Below, one piece after another: positions 26,552 through 44,543 of a stretch of 64,000 nt of DNA. The notes under the pieces are model-generated. The model worked only from the letters and a program-made list of their open reading frames with translations. It was not told where the DNA came from and made no database searches. Position numbers and translations under genes: made by a program. The DNA lies in NCBI GenBank assembly GCA_951406725.2, contig OX597824.1, positions 80,848,001 to 80,912,000 of the forward strand. Direction: 5' to 3'. The stretch is from Octopus vulgaris (Eukaryota). The number at the start of each line of letters is the position of its first letter. Position 1 is the stretch's first letter.

Positions 26552-26878
26552 AGGCTGTGTGGTAAGTAGCTTGCTTACCAAACACATGGTTTCGGGTTCA
26601 GTCCCACTGCGTGGCATATTGGGCAATTGTCTTCTACTATAGCCTCGGGCCTACCAAAGTCTTGTGAGTGGATTTGGTAGACGGGAACTGAAATAAGCCC
26701 GTCGTATATATAAATAGTGTATTTACGTCCCCGTAACCTAGTTCGGCAAAAAGAGACCGATAGAATAAGTACTAGGCTTACAAAGAATAAGTTCTGGGGT
26801 CGATGTGCTTGACTAAAAGCGGTGCTCCAGCATGGCCACAGTCAAATGCCTGAAACGATGTAAAAGACTTAAAAGAGT
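26552..26878 (+). mobile_element. Family-B SINE with internal deletion
   Basis: Homology to 5441. Confidence 0.8.
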
Positions 26879-27682
26879 AGGTCTATTCGCGTAGCTAAGG
26901 TGAACCGAGAGAGGTCGGTTCGTGAGGGACGACACTTTTGAGGCGGCATTTTGGGTTTAGTGTATAGGTTTGTATCCTGGGTATCCTGGGTATCCTGGGA
27001 GCGGGAAACTTAAAAGCTGCATTGAGCGGCGAACATTCTAGCTATGAAACTGTTCAGGCCTGCACAGAGACGTGGAGGTTCAGGATCAACGTTGGCTGAG
27101 TTAGGGCTCCTATGTGGTACACAAGTCACTTTACATGAACAATACATCGAACAATAGGCAGCTCTTGAGAAGTGTTCAATCAGTTCTGTTGCTTTTAGGA
27201 GGGGAAAAAAATCTAGCGTTTAGCTATCTGAGTGCGAGGAAAACAGAGAGATAGAAAGAGCCATGTAAATATAAGAAGAGAAAAATAAGTGGAATAAAGT
27301 GGTTACTGATATAAAGATTTGAGTGGGAAGGCCAAGAACATAGCATAGTTGCCATACACTATTGTTTTTGTTAAGTGCAAGTGTAACAACAGCTTTCATG
27401 CAGAAAAATCCATTATGTACTCATGTTTTTATTGTTTCTCAAAAGCGGAAGTAACAACTTAGGATCCCTCTCAACATCCACTTTAATACATCTTCCGGTA
27501 GAATATTGAAATAACGCAACAGTAAAACAACTACGTCGTTTTATTAATTTTGCTGCAAAAAAAAAAAAACAGAAAACGGGGTTAAATCCGATCAGGTTCA
27601 CATGATGAATTAATCATTTGCATTACTAATTACGGTTATAATTAAACATCCAAACTGAAATCACAAATGTTATTTATCTGTT

Positions 27683-27901
27683 TTACTTTTTTACTCTTTT
27701 ACTTGTTTCAGTCATTTGACTGTGGCCATGCTGGAGCACCGCCTTTAGTCGAGCAGATCGACCCCCAGGACTTATTCTTTGTGAGCCTAGTACTTATTCT
27801 ATCGGTCTCTTTTGCCGAACCGCTAGTTACGCGGACATAAACACACTAGCATCGGTTGTCAAGTGATGTTGCGGGGGACAAATACAGAAACACAAACATA
27901 C

Positions 27902-27932
<31 letters not shown>

Positions 27933-28106
27933 CATACATAGGACGGGCTTCTTTCAGTTTCCGTCTACCAAATCCACTTACAAGGCTTTGGTCGGCCCGA
28001 GGCTATAGTAGAAGACACTTGCCCAAGGTGTCACGTAGTAGGACTGAACCCGGGACCATGTGGTTCGTAAGCAAGCTACTTACCACACGGCCACTGCTAC
28101 GCCTAC
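27683..28106 (-). mobile_element. Family-B SINE, full length
   Basis: Homology to 5441. Confidence 0.85.
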
Positions 28107-28532
28107 GTTTGTTTTTATTTATTTGTTTCAGCCATTGAGTTGCGTCCATGCAGGAGCACCGCTTTGAAAGGGGTAGCCAAACAAATGAACCCAAGTTATT
28201 TTGTCAATCTGGTGCCTATTCTGTAGGACCATTTTTTTTCTTTTGCGCGAAAAGGTAAGTAACAACAATGCAGTCAAACCAGCACTGGTTGTCAAGCAGT
28301 GGTAGGGCAAACGGAAGCACAAAACACACACACGCATGCCTATTTATGTGGAGAAAGGTTATATATATATATATAACCTTCAGTGAGATTGAGCCCGAAA
28401 CCATTTGATTGCAAGATGTCTATCTTAACCACTCAGCCGTCTCCGCGCCTTTGGTTATTATACAGACTTCGAATTCTTCAAAATTGTTTTTATGCTCTTT
28501 AGGGTATCGGACAAAGTACCATACAGTAGGTA

Positions 28533-28910
28533 CAAAGAAGCTTGAGAGGCGGTTGGATGGAACCTACACTCGCCTCCTTATGAGAGCTCAAAATCTCTCG
28601 TGGAAGCGCCATCCAACCAAAATGCAAATATATGGGAAACTACCACCTGTGTCATCTCTTGTGAAATGTAGGAGAGTCCAGTTTGCTGGACATTGTTGTA
28701 GAGCTGAAACAGAAGTAATTTCTCCTCTTCTCCTCTGGAAGCCATCTACTCGCAATACCAGAGGGCGCACACTCTCCTACCCTGATGTAATCTCCAGGGA
28801 TACAGGCATCCAGCAACAGGACCTCTGTAATGCCATGATGGACCGTGAAGTCTGGCGTAGCATGGTAAATTGCATTGTCTCGACCACGGTCGAACAATGA
28901 TGATAATGAC
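28533..28910 (+). mobile_element. RTE-group LINE 3' fragment, same family as 11327
   Basis: KLERRLDGTYTRLLMRAQ..RRVQFAGHC..MMDREVWRSMV; (TGA)n tail. Confidence 0.85.
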
Positions 28911-29119
28911 CATACAGTATATATTCCAGCTTCTTGCATTCTGGGTTAAGAGCTCGTTGGCGCCAACATTGCCTTCCATCCTACTAGAATCGATACGAAA
29001 ATTACCTTTCTAGGGCAGTGAGATAGCAGTTTCATTAACAGTTGGTTGCATGCCTCGAGGTTGTAAGTTCAAATCCCATGGCAGCATAATTGGGTAGTAG
29101 ATCATAAACAACACAAATC

Positions 29120-29193
<74 letters not shown>

Positions 29194-29382
29194 GTCTATC
29201 TATAAGCGGATTGCGCAGAGTGAGATTGGCAGCGTCAGAATAAAAGTGGTAGTCATGGCCGGATTGAATTAATCATAGACAGTTACTCTCGATCAAGTAT
29301 GGCTCGCGGCACAATAATTAAATAACAACAAAATATAGGAGACGAAATGTCAATAACCGCAGCGGCAATCATGACAACAACA

Positions 29383-29430
<48 letters not shown>

Positions 29431-29847
29431 GTTGCTGTTGTTATTGCCGCAAGTACCATTCGGTGTTGAGAGAGACCAGCTGTCAATTGTTCATACTCTT
29501 ACAAAATCCGCCACCGTAAACATACATATATCTACATACTCACATTCTACTTGTATGTTGTGTTATATATATATATGTATGTGCATACACACACACACAT
29601 ACACACACATGTACATATATGGGCAGAGAGAGAGAGAGAGAGAGAGAGATGGGGAATTTAGAAGGAGTGTGGAAGAAGACAGAGCATATATGATAGACTG
29701 GTGGCAGATTAATAAAGAGGGGATGGATGACAACAAGACTTTATTGTATAACTCAGGGTCTGGCCGGCTCCCTATGGGGATATGGTTAGTTTGAACGTCT
29801 ATATAAGTATGTATACGTATATATATATACGTATATGTACATATATA

Positions 29848-29903
<56 letters not shown>

Positions 29904-29931
29904 TATATATATGTACGTCTATAAATATATA

Positions 29932-29986
<55 letters not shown>

Positions 29987-30375
29987 GTATGTAGATATGT
30001 ATGAGCGTATCTTTATGTGTGTGTGTGTTTCTCTGTGTATGTGTGTAAATGAAAGCCATCAACTATTTTTTGTTTATAAGTGGGTTTTTTTCACTTGCTT
30101 ACAGGTATACTTTCACTGATTTCACATCACGCCAGAACCTTACACATTTTCACCAAGCACAACACACACACACACACACACACATACTGACAAGCATCCA
30201 TGCTCAAACCAACACTCACACACACACACCCTAGCACTAACACATACGCGCACATACACTAACGCGGATTCATTTAATGCGTTTGTTGTTTATGATACGC
30301 TTGTGTAATTATGGTTGTTCGCGAAATGGTATATATTTATTAACACAACCATAATATATTCTGTTATTCTCTGAT

Positions 30376-30830
<455 letters not shown>

Positions 30831-30865
30831 ATTATATATATATATAGATAACGTGTGTGTGTGTG

Positions 30866-30935
<70 letters not shown>

Positions 30936-31116
30936 CGACAGGCTTGTTTCAGTCTCCGTCTCCCGAGAGATACAAGCAGAGGGAGAGAGAGAGGAAGAGC
31001 AGAGAGGAAGTGAGGTACTTGAATGTGTGTGTGTCAGTGTGTAAGTATGCTTGTATGCATCTATGTACATATATATCTATATATGAGCATATATATATAT
31101 ACATACTCTCTCTCTC

Positions 31117-31161
<45 letters not shown>

Positions 31162-31167
31162 ATAAAA

Positions 31168-31208
<41 letters not shown>

Positions 31209-31459
31209 TACACATATGTATATACGTTAACTATGTATACATGTATATATGTAAATATATACGTATAGGTGTTTTGGTTTATATAATTATGAGAGCCAAA
31301 GCAAAAGAATTCCCGCCGCGAAGCCTTTCGGAAATTTTTCTGCGAATTGTGCTGTACACTATTTTTAGACTTTTCATATTTGTCTCTTGTCTCAACAAAC
31401 AATAATCTCTCATTCCCAAAGCTCTTGTTCTTTGAGACATTTTGTTTTAGACATGAAGT

Positions 31460-31491
<32 letters not shown>

Positions 31492-31683
31492 TGAACAACA
31501 ACAAAAACAACATCAACAGCAAAAGCAAGAGCAATAATAATAATAATAAATGTAGAATTATGTCACTCATTTTTAAGCTTACGTGTCTGTAATATTATCT
31601 GAAAATTGTATCTGTATGTGTTTATGAAAATGTGCGTGTGTGTGTGTGTGTGTGTTTGTATGTATGTATGCACGTATATATGT

Positions 31684-31757
<74 letters not shown>

Positions 31758-32032
31758 TTATGTACACACACGCAAACATATATATAATCTACATACATGC
31801 AAACGCATTAACACATCGCCTTCTTCAAATGTTTTCTGAATATTTGTTTAAACATCTAAATATACTGGAGACTAAACATACAAACATACATACATACATA
31901 CATACATACATACATACATACATACATACATACATACATACATACATGCATGCATACATACATACATACATACATACATACATACATACATACATACATA
32001 CATACATACATACATACATGCATGCATGCATG

Positions 32033-32221
32033 TGACCGCGTTGGCGACTTTTTTCCCTCTGTCTTCCCTTCTCTGAATCTTTCCTTCTCCTATGTTTCCG
32101 ACGAAGAGCTCCGCTCGAAACGTTTAACCCTCCTTCTTGCCTTCTTTCCTGAGCGTCCAATAATACTATATTTGTTCCACGTCCTCGCGTTGTTGTGTTT
32201 GTTGTGCTTTCATGTTTGGAT

Positions 32222-32226
<5 letters not shown>
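32033..32226 (+). mobile_element. Penelope-like terminal repeat fragment with minimal hammerhead-like core (32094-32128)
   Basis: gttt-CCGACGA-agagctccgctc-GAAA-cgtt-taac; 3' end abuts (TA)n. Confidence 0.6.
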
Positions 32227-32297
<71 letters not shown>

Positions 32298-32489
32298 TAT
32301 ATATGTGCATAGGTATGTGGTTTATTTATATATTTGTGCTTGCATGTGTTTGATCGCGATTTGGGTTGTATTTTTGAAAACTGAGGTATTTGAAAGGCAG
32401 ACATTTTACGAAGTTATTCAAATACAAATGAAAGCTGTATAAATGACGATTGACACCTTACCTAATGGTTCGTGAGCTATTATTGATGC

Positions 32490-32554
32490 CTACGTTCCGC
32501 CTTTTTGGTCCTTTCGAGATCGATAAATTAAATACCAGTTGCGTATACATATGC

Positions 32555-32587
<33 letters not shown>

Positions 32588-32980
32588 CTTATAAATATAT
32601 ATATATATATATATACACATACTTATAAATATATACATCTATATCTATTTAAATATATATGTATGCATGCATATATATATATATAAAGGAAAAGGTTTAA
32701 AATGAGAGAGTAAATGAGAGAAGAAAATTATATATCCATATTTGGCTATATAAGTATACAATTTAACCATATATATACCCATACTCTTGCGTATAGTCTG
32801 AAATACTTTTTGTTTACATAAATATATATATACGTGTATGTCTCTACGAGTGTGTTCGCGCGCGCGCGCATGAATGTTCATGTGCATTTGTATACGTACA
32901 CTCACACATATATATCGATCTAATCGACTGCCCCACTCACCCAAAATTTCGGGCCTTATGTCTAGAGTAGAAAAGGTTAT
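32490..32980 (+). mobile_element. Family-A SINE fragment split by a ~370-bp insertion
   Basis: gataaattaaataccagttgcgta | insert | tcgatctaatcgactg..aaatttcgggcc. Confidence 0.7.
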
Positions 32981-33213
32981 TGATACCTACGTTCGATTTT
33001 GAGCTTCTTCATAAAATCACTTAAACACACATATGAATAAACTTCAAATCAAACGTAGATCCGAATAACAAATCATAAGGTATTAAGATTGTGTTATGAA
33101 GTGTTTCCATTTGTATTTAAGTAAGCTCGAAAAAAAATTGACATTCAAATTTTTCCCTGCTCCAAAAATGCGTTCCAAAAACAAACATATTTGTTTAAGT
33201 GTGTGTGTGTGTG

Positions 33214-33270
<57 letters not shown>

Positions 33271-34370
33271 CTTTGTGTGCGTGTTTGTATTAAAATAATT
33301 ATGCATGTGGGTCTCTAAACTTTCAGGTGTCGAAGTTTCATGTGCAGCATGCTCAATCGTTAGTAGTGTTAGAGAGATCTAATCATGCACATCTAATTTA
33401 TGGTAGGACATTTTTTTATACGTAAGGAGACAATTTGACGCGGTTGTTTGGATGGTATGGACTTTTTACAGCAGACTGGCTATTCAAAGTATGTACTGAC
33501 GATTGGGCGTTTAGCTACTGGATGCAAACATATACACATGCACACTAACAAGGCATCATTCCATTCGGGGCTATAGGAGAAGACACTTGCCCAATGTACT
33601 GTACAGTAGGACTGAAACCACGACCATAGCTAAGCCTGCGCAAACTACATGAATTATTAAAAAGATGAATTATTAAAAAGATCTGTTGAATGTTATTCAT
33701 CGCTTTACGTAGCCTCCAGTATCCCTGATCAAAATGCATCCATCGTTGGAACGGATATGAGCAGTAGTTTATTGGCGAGGATCAATATCTGATTTAACAA
33801 GCTATATATCATTTTAGAGTAGTTTTTGATGACCAGTTGAATATTTCTCGTATATACTGAACCATGACACGTTGTTATTGTTTTATCATTTCTTTTTGCA
33901 ACACTGATTAATAGCACTTTATCAATTCGTCTATCTTCAAACGTTTCTTCCCAAATAAATTAGAACTAAATTATTTCCGGAGTGATTTATGTTTGATATT
34001 TGGGAGTCTAAAATAGATATTTTCACCGAAACAATCTACGTATTTACATGTCCTGAAGCACAAAGTACTGGTAGTGTTGTATAAGCATTCTATTTGTTAT
34101 CTATTTATGGACCATCTGTATTTGTTTATTAAGCTTTGCGAAACGATGTAGATATTGCAAAATGACGAATTTCCTCAACATTCAAGACTTTAGTATTCTT
34201 CAAGTTGGTGTAATCCCTTTCTCTTACAGCCAGCTTAAGCTGTGTTTGTGATGCACCCAACACGTAGTTCCGCGCGACTTATCCACTAAGCGTAGCATCA
34301 CACATAACGGACAGAATTTCAGTTGTCATGTTTACGTATTATGGCGAAGATGATCTTGTTTCCACCGAGA

Positions 34371-37044
<2,674 letters not shown>

Positions 37045-37222
37045 ATGCGCAACAGATCCAGGATTATATTACCCAATGTGGCCTTCTCTAGAAACAGGTC
37101 GTAGGATGTTGTGAATTTAGAGACACTTGGCTGCTGTTTCTAGCGTATTGGACGACTACACAGATGTTCGAGTTCCCTCTTTGGCTTGTAATTTTTTTTT
37201 TGCATTGTTTGTTGTTTGTTTT

Positions 37223-37308
37223 TTTATTTCATGTTACAATGGTGAAGGACGAAAACTTAAATACCACCGAGGGCCCACATCATATAATTCCAGCTATTAG
37301 CACGATTA
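37223..37308 (-). other. Candidate terminal exon with strong acceptor and AATAAA
   Basis: Poly-T tract ending in AG acceptor; phase 1 (x)IVLIAGII* or phase 2 NRANSWNYMMWALGGI*; AATAAA at 37228-37223. Confidence 0.3.
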
Positions 37309-37534
37309 CTAAAAAAAAAAAAATACCCACAAAAAGGCGGATCCTTCACATATACTCCGATACGTACACATACATAGACACTCACGCACAACCACACACA
37401 TGCACACACTCACACACATACACGGAGAAAAAAAAAACGCACCCACGTACGCACACATACATATACACATTGGTAACCCTACAACGTACGTCTAAATTCC
37501 CTTGCCCCTACGAATTCCCCCCTTTAATTGTTTA

Positions 37535-37599
37535 CTATTCTAGATTGATCCCTAACCCGATAGCCCGAAAATCCCTGGCAATCTTTTCCATAGCGCCTG
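37535..37599 (-). CDS. Candidate terminal exon, (x)GAMEKIARDFRAIGLGINLE*
   Basis: ttcag/cag tandem acceptor, phase 1; ATTAAA just downstream. Confidence 0.3.
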
Positions 37600-37854
37600 C
37601 TGAAGTTATTTTGTCAAGATCACGCCACTTGTCCATCAGCCAATCAGAAGAGAGCATGGCTATGTGTACGGGTGTATGTGTGTGAGTGAGATTGCGTGTG
37701 CATGTGTGTGTGTATGTGTTTGTGTGTATGTACGTATGTATATATGTCGGGGGATGGGTGGTTGCCTGTGTATGTGTGTGTATATGTAAATGTGTTGACT
37801 ATATACTTCAAATGACCAGGAGACTTGTCTAAATGTTTATGTAGGTCTACTTAC

Positions 37855-37869
37855 TTTCACACTGACACT
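37855..37869 (-). CDS. Candidate 15-nt symmetric microexon, (x)CQCE(x)
   Basis: ctttag|AGTGTCAGTGTGAAA|gtaagt. Confidence 0.3.
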
Positions 37870-37895
37870 CTAAAGCTCACGGGCGCGTGCACACA

Positions 37896-37938
<43 letters not shown>

Positions 37939-38400
37939 ACGCACACACACACACACACATACACACTCATAAATACACATATTGACACACAAAAAGCACA
38001 AGCACAGTTACAATGAATCATGCACACAAAAACACACACACGCACACACATTCATACACAAAAGTATAGAAACACACAAAGCCAATTTATAGGTATGTGT
38101 GCGCGTGTGTATGTGCGCATGTGTATGAGAGAGAGAGAGAGAGAGAGAGTGTGTGTCTGTGTGTGTGTGTGTGTGTGTGTGTATTTGAATTGGTATTAAT
38201 TTTGTCCTCTTTTTTTACACACACACACATGTCGAAACCTAAACGCACATACACTCTAAATAACGGGGTGCGCCTGTGCGTTCATTTTGTCGTTACTGGT
38301 TTTCTGTGAATACATACAAACACATGCACACATAGATTGAATAACTGTGTGTGTGTATTTGTCTGTTGCGTGTGTGTGTGTGTGTGTGAGTTAGAGATAG

Positions 38401-38434
<34 letters not shown>

Positions 38435-38574
38435 TGCTTTAGTGCGCTAGTCTTTGGACGCACATAAAAATATAAACAGACATGCGCAAATCTGTTTCGT
38501 CAAATTCTGTGTATCTTAATCACCATCATCACCATCGTCACCATTATCACCGCAATCAAAATCACCCTTATAAT

Positions 38575-38584
38575 AATAATAATG

Positions 38585-38624
<40 letters not shown>

Positions 38625-38626
38625 TG

Positions 38627-38717
<91 letters not shown>

Positions 38718-38949
38718 TAATAATATTAATAATAATTATAATCATCGTAATCATGATCATGATCATCATCATCATCATCATCAACGACGTCTCAACGATA
38801 ATAGGGTGTCGAATTGGAACAATCGCTAGAGCGCCCGATTGAATTACTTTAATATTAATCTATTCAGGTTCCTCGCATTCTGAGTTCAAATTCTGCCAAC
38901 GGCCACATCAGCACCAACTCCTTAAAATTTAATGATGATGATGATGATG

Positions 38950-39039
<90 letters not shown>

Positions 39040-39275
39040 TATGACAATAGTAATAATAATAATTATAATCATCGTAATCATGATCATGATCATCATCATC
39101 ATCATCATCAACGACGTCTCAACGATAATAGGGTGTCGAATTGGAACAATCGCGAGAGCGCCCGATTGAATTACTTTACTATTAATCTATTCAGGTTCCT
39201 CGCATTCTGAGTTCAAATTCTGCCAACGGCCACATCAGCACCAACTCCTTAAAATTTAATGACGATGATAATAAT
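38575..39275 (+). repeat. Tandem duplication (~330-bp period) of (AAT)n plus a degraded SINE fragment
   Basis: caacgacgtctcaacg...ccttaaaatttaatga at ~38782 and ~39108. Confidence 0.9.
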
Positions 39276-39277
39276 AT

Positions 39278-39665
39278 ATGTCCCTTTGTGGCTGACGATA
39301 TGTGCATCTCTGATCACGAGCAGAAGTAGTGGGGGAGCATCATAGCCATGTGTTGAGAGGGATTCTTTGGAGTTTGAATAATTCACCTTTGGAAACAGGG
39401 GTGTTTCCTTCAACATCCTTAAACAACCCTTATTCAGGGACCTTTTGAGCGGGATGGGCTACTCAACCTGAAGAAAATTCTAACTGGGCCCCACCTGCAA
39501 GGTCATGTGCTGTTTATCTTGATATGAGATCCCCATGTCGCGCACATATGGTTGTGATGCATGTGCCTGGTGTACCTTTATCAGACGGGTAGTCATGATG
39601 GGTATATTGGGCTTCGTATATTTTACCCCAGTGTCACTTTGATGGCATGAACTGCTCTCTCACTC
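39278..39665 (+). mobile_element. (AAT)n-anchored non-coding retroelement 3' fragment, family D
   Basis: Ends ctgctctctcactc(aat)n; same family at 46537 and 48929. Confidence 0.75.
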
Positions 39666-39740
<75 letters not shown>

Positions 39741-39742
39741 GA

Positions 39743-39809
<67 letters not shown>

Positions 39810-39819
39810 TTATTGTGTA

Positions 39820-40100
39820 TAATGCTCAGGTACATTACAGTTCATCAAAGATGCATGAAGGGTACATATAATTATGTACAAAAGTTAGGGAAGTGAGCAG
39901 TGTAAGAGTCATAATATGCATGCGTATGGAGGTGGGGATAACAGGTGTAAGTGTTGACGAGTATCAGGAAGCATGGAAGTTTTAAAGGATGCAATGTTTC
40001 GGCAACTAACTACTGATGAAGGTAGTTTGTGCCACGCTACAGCAACTCTGAGTGTGAAAAAAATGTTTCCGAAAGTGATGGGAACTATGCTGTTTTAGTA
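39820..40100 (-). mobile_element. CR1/L2-group LINE 3' fragment
   Basis: FRKHFF/TLRVAVAWHKLPSSVVSCRNIASFK resembles the CR1-type ORF2 C-terminus. Confidence 0.65.
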
Positions 40101-40118
40101 AGATCTGGTTAGACTATA

Positions 40119-40932
40119 TAAAGGCGGCGAGCTGGCAGAAACGTTAGCACGCCGGGCGAAATGCTTTGCGGTATTTCGTCTGCCGTTACGTTCTGAGTTC
40201 AAATTCCGCCGAGGTCAACTTTGCCTTCCATCCTTTAGGGGTCGATTAAATAAGTACCAGTTACGCCCTGATGTCGATATAATCGACTTAATCCGTTTGT
40301 CTGTCCTTATTTGTCCTCTCTATGTTTAGCTCCTTGTGGGTGGTAAAGAAATAGGTATTTCGCCCGTCGCTACGTTCTGAGTTCAAATTCCGCCGAGGTC
40401 AACTTTGCCTCTCATCCTTTCGGGGTCGATAAATTAAGTACCAGTTACGCACTGGGATCGATGTAATCGATTTAATCTCCTTGTTTGTACTTGTATGTTC
40501 CCTATATGTTTACCCCCTTGTGGGCAATACAGAGATAAGAATCGGTAGCACGCCGGACTAAGTGCTTGGCGGTATTTCGCCCGTTGCTACGTTCTGAGTT
40601 CAAATTCCGCCGAGGTCAACTTTGCCTTTCATCCTTTCGGGGATCGATAAATTAAGTAACAGTTGCGTATTGGAGTCGATCTAATCGACTGGCCTTCTCC
40701 CCCAGAATTTTGGGCCTTGTCCCTTGTGTGAAAAAGAATCTTTAGCACGCCGGACGAAGTGCTTAGCGGTATTTTGCCCGTCGCTACGTTCTTAGTTCAA
40801 ATTCCACCGAGGTCAACTTTGCCTTTCATCCTTTCGGAGTCAATAAATTAAGTACCTGTTGCGTATTGGGGTTGATGAAATCGACTGACCCACTTCCTCC
40901 AAAATTTCAAGCCTTGTGCCTATAGCAGATAG
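40119..40932 (+). mobile_element. Family-A SINE tetramer with TSD
   Basis: TSD gatctggtYagactWta at 40102 and 40933; two A-tail and two B-tail modules. Confidence 0.85.
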
Positions 40933-41183
40933 GATCTGGTCAGACTTTACTTGCTTTGCCATCCACTCTCAACAAGTGTCAGAGGCGCTCGAACTATTAG
41001 TCTCCGGCGTCAAGTACCATTCAGTCTTGAGTATTTTGTATAAATATAGTAACAGGATATAAATCAATACAGATACATGCGTGTGAGTGTGTGTGAGAGT
41101 TTGTGTATACATTTATAGATATCTAAGTGTGTTTATTTATACATTTATGAGTGTGTGTGTTTGTGTATATATTTATATGTATG

Positions 41184-41306
<123 letters not shown>

Positions 41307-41307
41307 G

Positions 41308-41650
41308 TGAAGTAGCATGGCTCAGTGGTTAGAACGTCGAGCTTACGATCGTGAGGTTGTGAGTTGTATGTTGAATCCCGGACCGGTCTACATGTTGTGT
41401 TCTTGAGCAAGACATTTTATTTCGCGTTGTTGCAGTTCACTCAGCTGTAGAAACGAGTTGCAACGTCACAGGTTCCAATCTGTATCGGCCCCTTTGCCTT
41501 TCTCTTGGATAACATCGGTGGCGTGGAGAGGGGAGGCCGGTATGCATGGGCGACTGGCATTCTTCCATATACAACCTTGCCCTGACTTGCGCCTTGGAGG
41601 TTAACTTTCTATGTGCAATCCCATGGTCAGTCATGACAGAAGGGTGTCTC
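41308..41650 (+). mobile_element. Family-C SINE, full length
   Basis: Homology to 16207-16538; between (TA)n tracts. Confidence 0.85.
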
Positions 41651-41651
41651 A

Positions 41652-41691
<40 letters not shown>

Positions 41692-41890
41692 TCAATCCAA
41701 ACATGAACAAGCAAATAAAAATAAAAAAAACAACGCGACGCGAGGACGTGGAATAAGTACAGTGTTATTGGACTCTCAGGAAAGGAAAGAAAAGAAAGAG
41801 GATTTTACATTTCGAGCGGAGCTCTTCATCAGAAAAAGTCCAAAGAAGGGAAGACGGAGAAAGAAAGAAAATCGCCAACGATACACACGC
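41692..41890 (-). mobile_element. Penelope-like terminal repeat fragment with minimal hammerhead-like core (41803-41836)
   Basis: Minus strand tttt-CTGATGA-agagctccgctc-GAAA-tgta-aaa; 3' end abuts (TA)n. Confidence 0.6.
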
Positions 41891-42128
41891 GATATATGTG
41901 TGAGTGGACCTATACAAATGCACACGAACATTCATGCGCGCGTGCACGCACATTCGTAGAAACACACACGCATATATATATTTATGTAAACAAACAATAT
42001 TTCAGAGTATACGCAAGAGTGTAGATATATATATATATATATATATATATGGTTAAATTGTATACTTATATAGCCAAATATGGCTATATAATTTTCTTCT
42101 CTCATTTACTTTCTCATTTTAACCCTTT

Positions 42129-42205
<77 letters not shown>

Positions 42206-42246
42206 TGTATTTACATATATGTAAATATTTATAAGTATATATATAT

Positions 42247-42300
<54 letters not shown>

Positions 42301-42391
42301 TATTTATGTATATATATAATATATATATGTGTGTGTGTATATGTGTGTCTGTGTGTGTGTGTGTGTATGTACACTCTGAGACATATCTGCT

Positions 42392-42471
<80 letters not shown>

Positions 42472-42472
42472 C

Positions 42473-42503
<31 letters not shown>

Positions 42504-43033
42504 CATATATGTAGATGATGCTCTATACATTCACACGAATATACACACACACATGAACATATCTATATGTATATATATATATACATACATATACTTATAC
42601 ATATATAGATGTGTACGCGTGTGCGTGTGAGAGACTGTGTGTATGTAATATACATGCAAGCACACAGTACACAGATACAATTATAAAAAATATATATTTG
42701 ATTTCCATCTGGAAACATTTTACATATATTATGAAAGCCCCAGGGAAAGGCATGAATGTCATATGATATAGACCCCTAAAGATACAGGGCTACATATTCA
42801 TGATATATAAATATAAGTATGTGCATACTTATGTGAAAACACTTGTATGTGTATGTGTGTGTGAATGTATATATATATATGTGTGTGTATGCACGGATGG
42901 GTGTGTATGTGTGTGATACTGTGTCAAGAACAAAGACGAAATTTAAAGAGATAGGTGGGGTAAAAAAAATAAGCGTAAGAGGAAATAATGAAAGGAAACG
43001 TGGAAGAAGAGAGAAAATAACGGAGGGAAAGAG

Positions 43034-43074
<41 letters not shown>

Positions 43075-43214
43075 CGCACATGCACAAACACACACACACA
43101 CAAACACACACCACACACACATAAACGTATATAATCATATACATATATATATACACACATACATACATATATACATACACACAGACACACACACACACAC
43201 ACACATGCACACAC

Positions 43215-43245
<31 letters not shown>

Positions 43246-43341
43246 CACACACAAACACACACCACACACACATAAACGTATATGATCATATACACATATA
43301 TATATATATACACACATACATACATATACACACACACACAG

Positions 43342-43401
<60 letters not shown>

Positions 43402-43929
43402 GTATGTATGTATATATACAGAGAGAGACAGAGAGACAGAGAATTGCCACTCCGTCGGGTACGACGTCCAGTGATCCAGTCGATCTGATCAACGGAACAA
43501 CCTGCTCTGTAATTAACGTGCAAGTGGCTGAGCACTCCACAGACACGCGTACCTTTGCCGTAGTTCTCAGAGAAATTCAGAATGACAGAATGCCACGATG
43601 CTGGTCTTTTGATTTACAAGTACAACTGAGCTGAACCTGAGTTGACTGGAGCAGCGTGAAATAATGGGATCTCCTCAAGGACGGAACGTGCCTCAGGGCA
43701 TCGAACGCACCAACATCTAACATCCGACAATCTTTCTCGCCAACCTCCGAAAACCCTTCTCACCAACTTCCAACAATCTGTCCCTCCTTCAGCTGACAAT
43801 TTTTTGTATTTTTTCGTGACGGAAAATACACTTTTTGTGGCAGTTATATCGAAATTGCTTTCTTATAGAAGCATAATAAAGCCTTTCAATAGAACATCTT
43901 TGCCTCCGGGAATTACCGGGTACACCAGG

Positions 43930-43972
<43 letters not shown>

Positions 43973-44511
43973 GATATGTGTGTATCTCTCAGCGTTATAG
44001 TTATGTAATGAGTATGCAGTTGACCTCTAGATCCTAGTTACGGCTACCTAATTACATCGTCGAACGATCTACAGCGTACGCTAACTGATCAAAAAGGGTA
44101 AGGCTATGCTTTGCCGAAATATCTCATATTCTGTTTTAGATTTAAGAACGCTACTGATCTACTAAATTCTAGATCTGAAATTGCTACAGAGTGTAAGCAT
44201 CTGGTCAAATTTCTTTTGTGGTAACTGGAGGACACCACTCACTCCGTACAAAGAATGCAATCTCTCAAAATTGGACCTTTTCCCTGTTGACTTAATTTAC
44301 ACGAAGCATGTTCATTGTGATTTGAACTGCCAAAAGGACACAACTCTTAATTGTGCTCTTCCTTTCTCTTGGTTGATTTTATTTCTTTATCTTCCTCACG
44401 TTCTTTCTCATCTTTTCTCATAGATGAGCCTCCATCCTCGCTTTGCAGATAAATTCACGCCATGTTGTGTTTATCAGTCTGAAAGATTGCTTGGCAACGT
44501 GTCATACATAC

Positions 44512-44543
44512 TTGTCAGAATATCGTGTTTTCACAGCAAGAAA
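44512..44543 (-). other. Candidate 32-nt exon, (x)SCCENTIF* in phase 1
   Basis: tcttttag acceptor; GTATGT donor three nt after the stop. Confidence 0.25.

Noticed and set aside
37630-37650. CCAAT box (agccaatcag) as a promoter
   Set aside because: Single short motif with no supporting start-site evidence
44360-44450. Strong plus-strand pyrimidine tract with AG at ~44423
   Set aside because: No clear donor or coherent frame; noted as a reminder that splice-like signals also occur on the other strand
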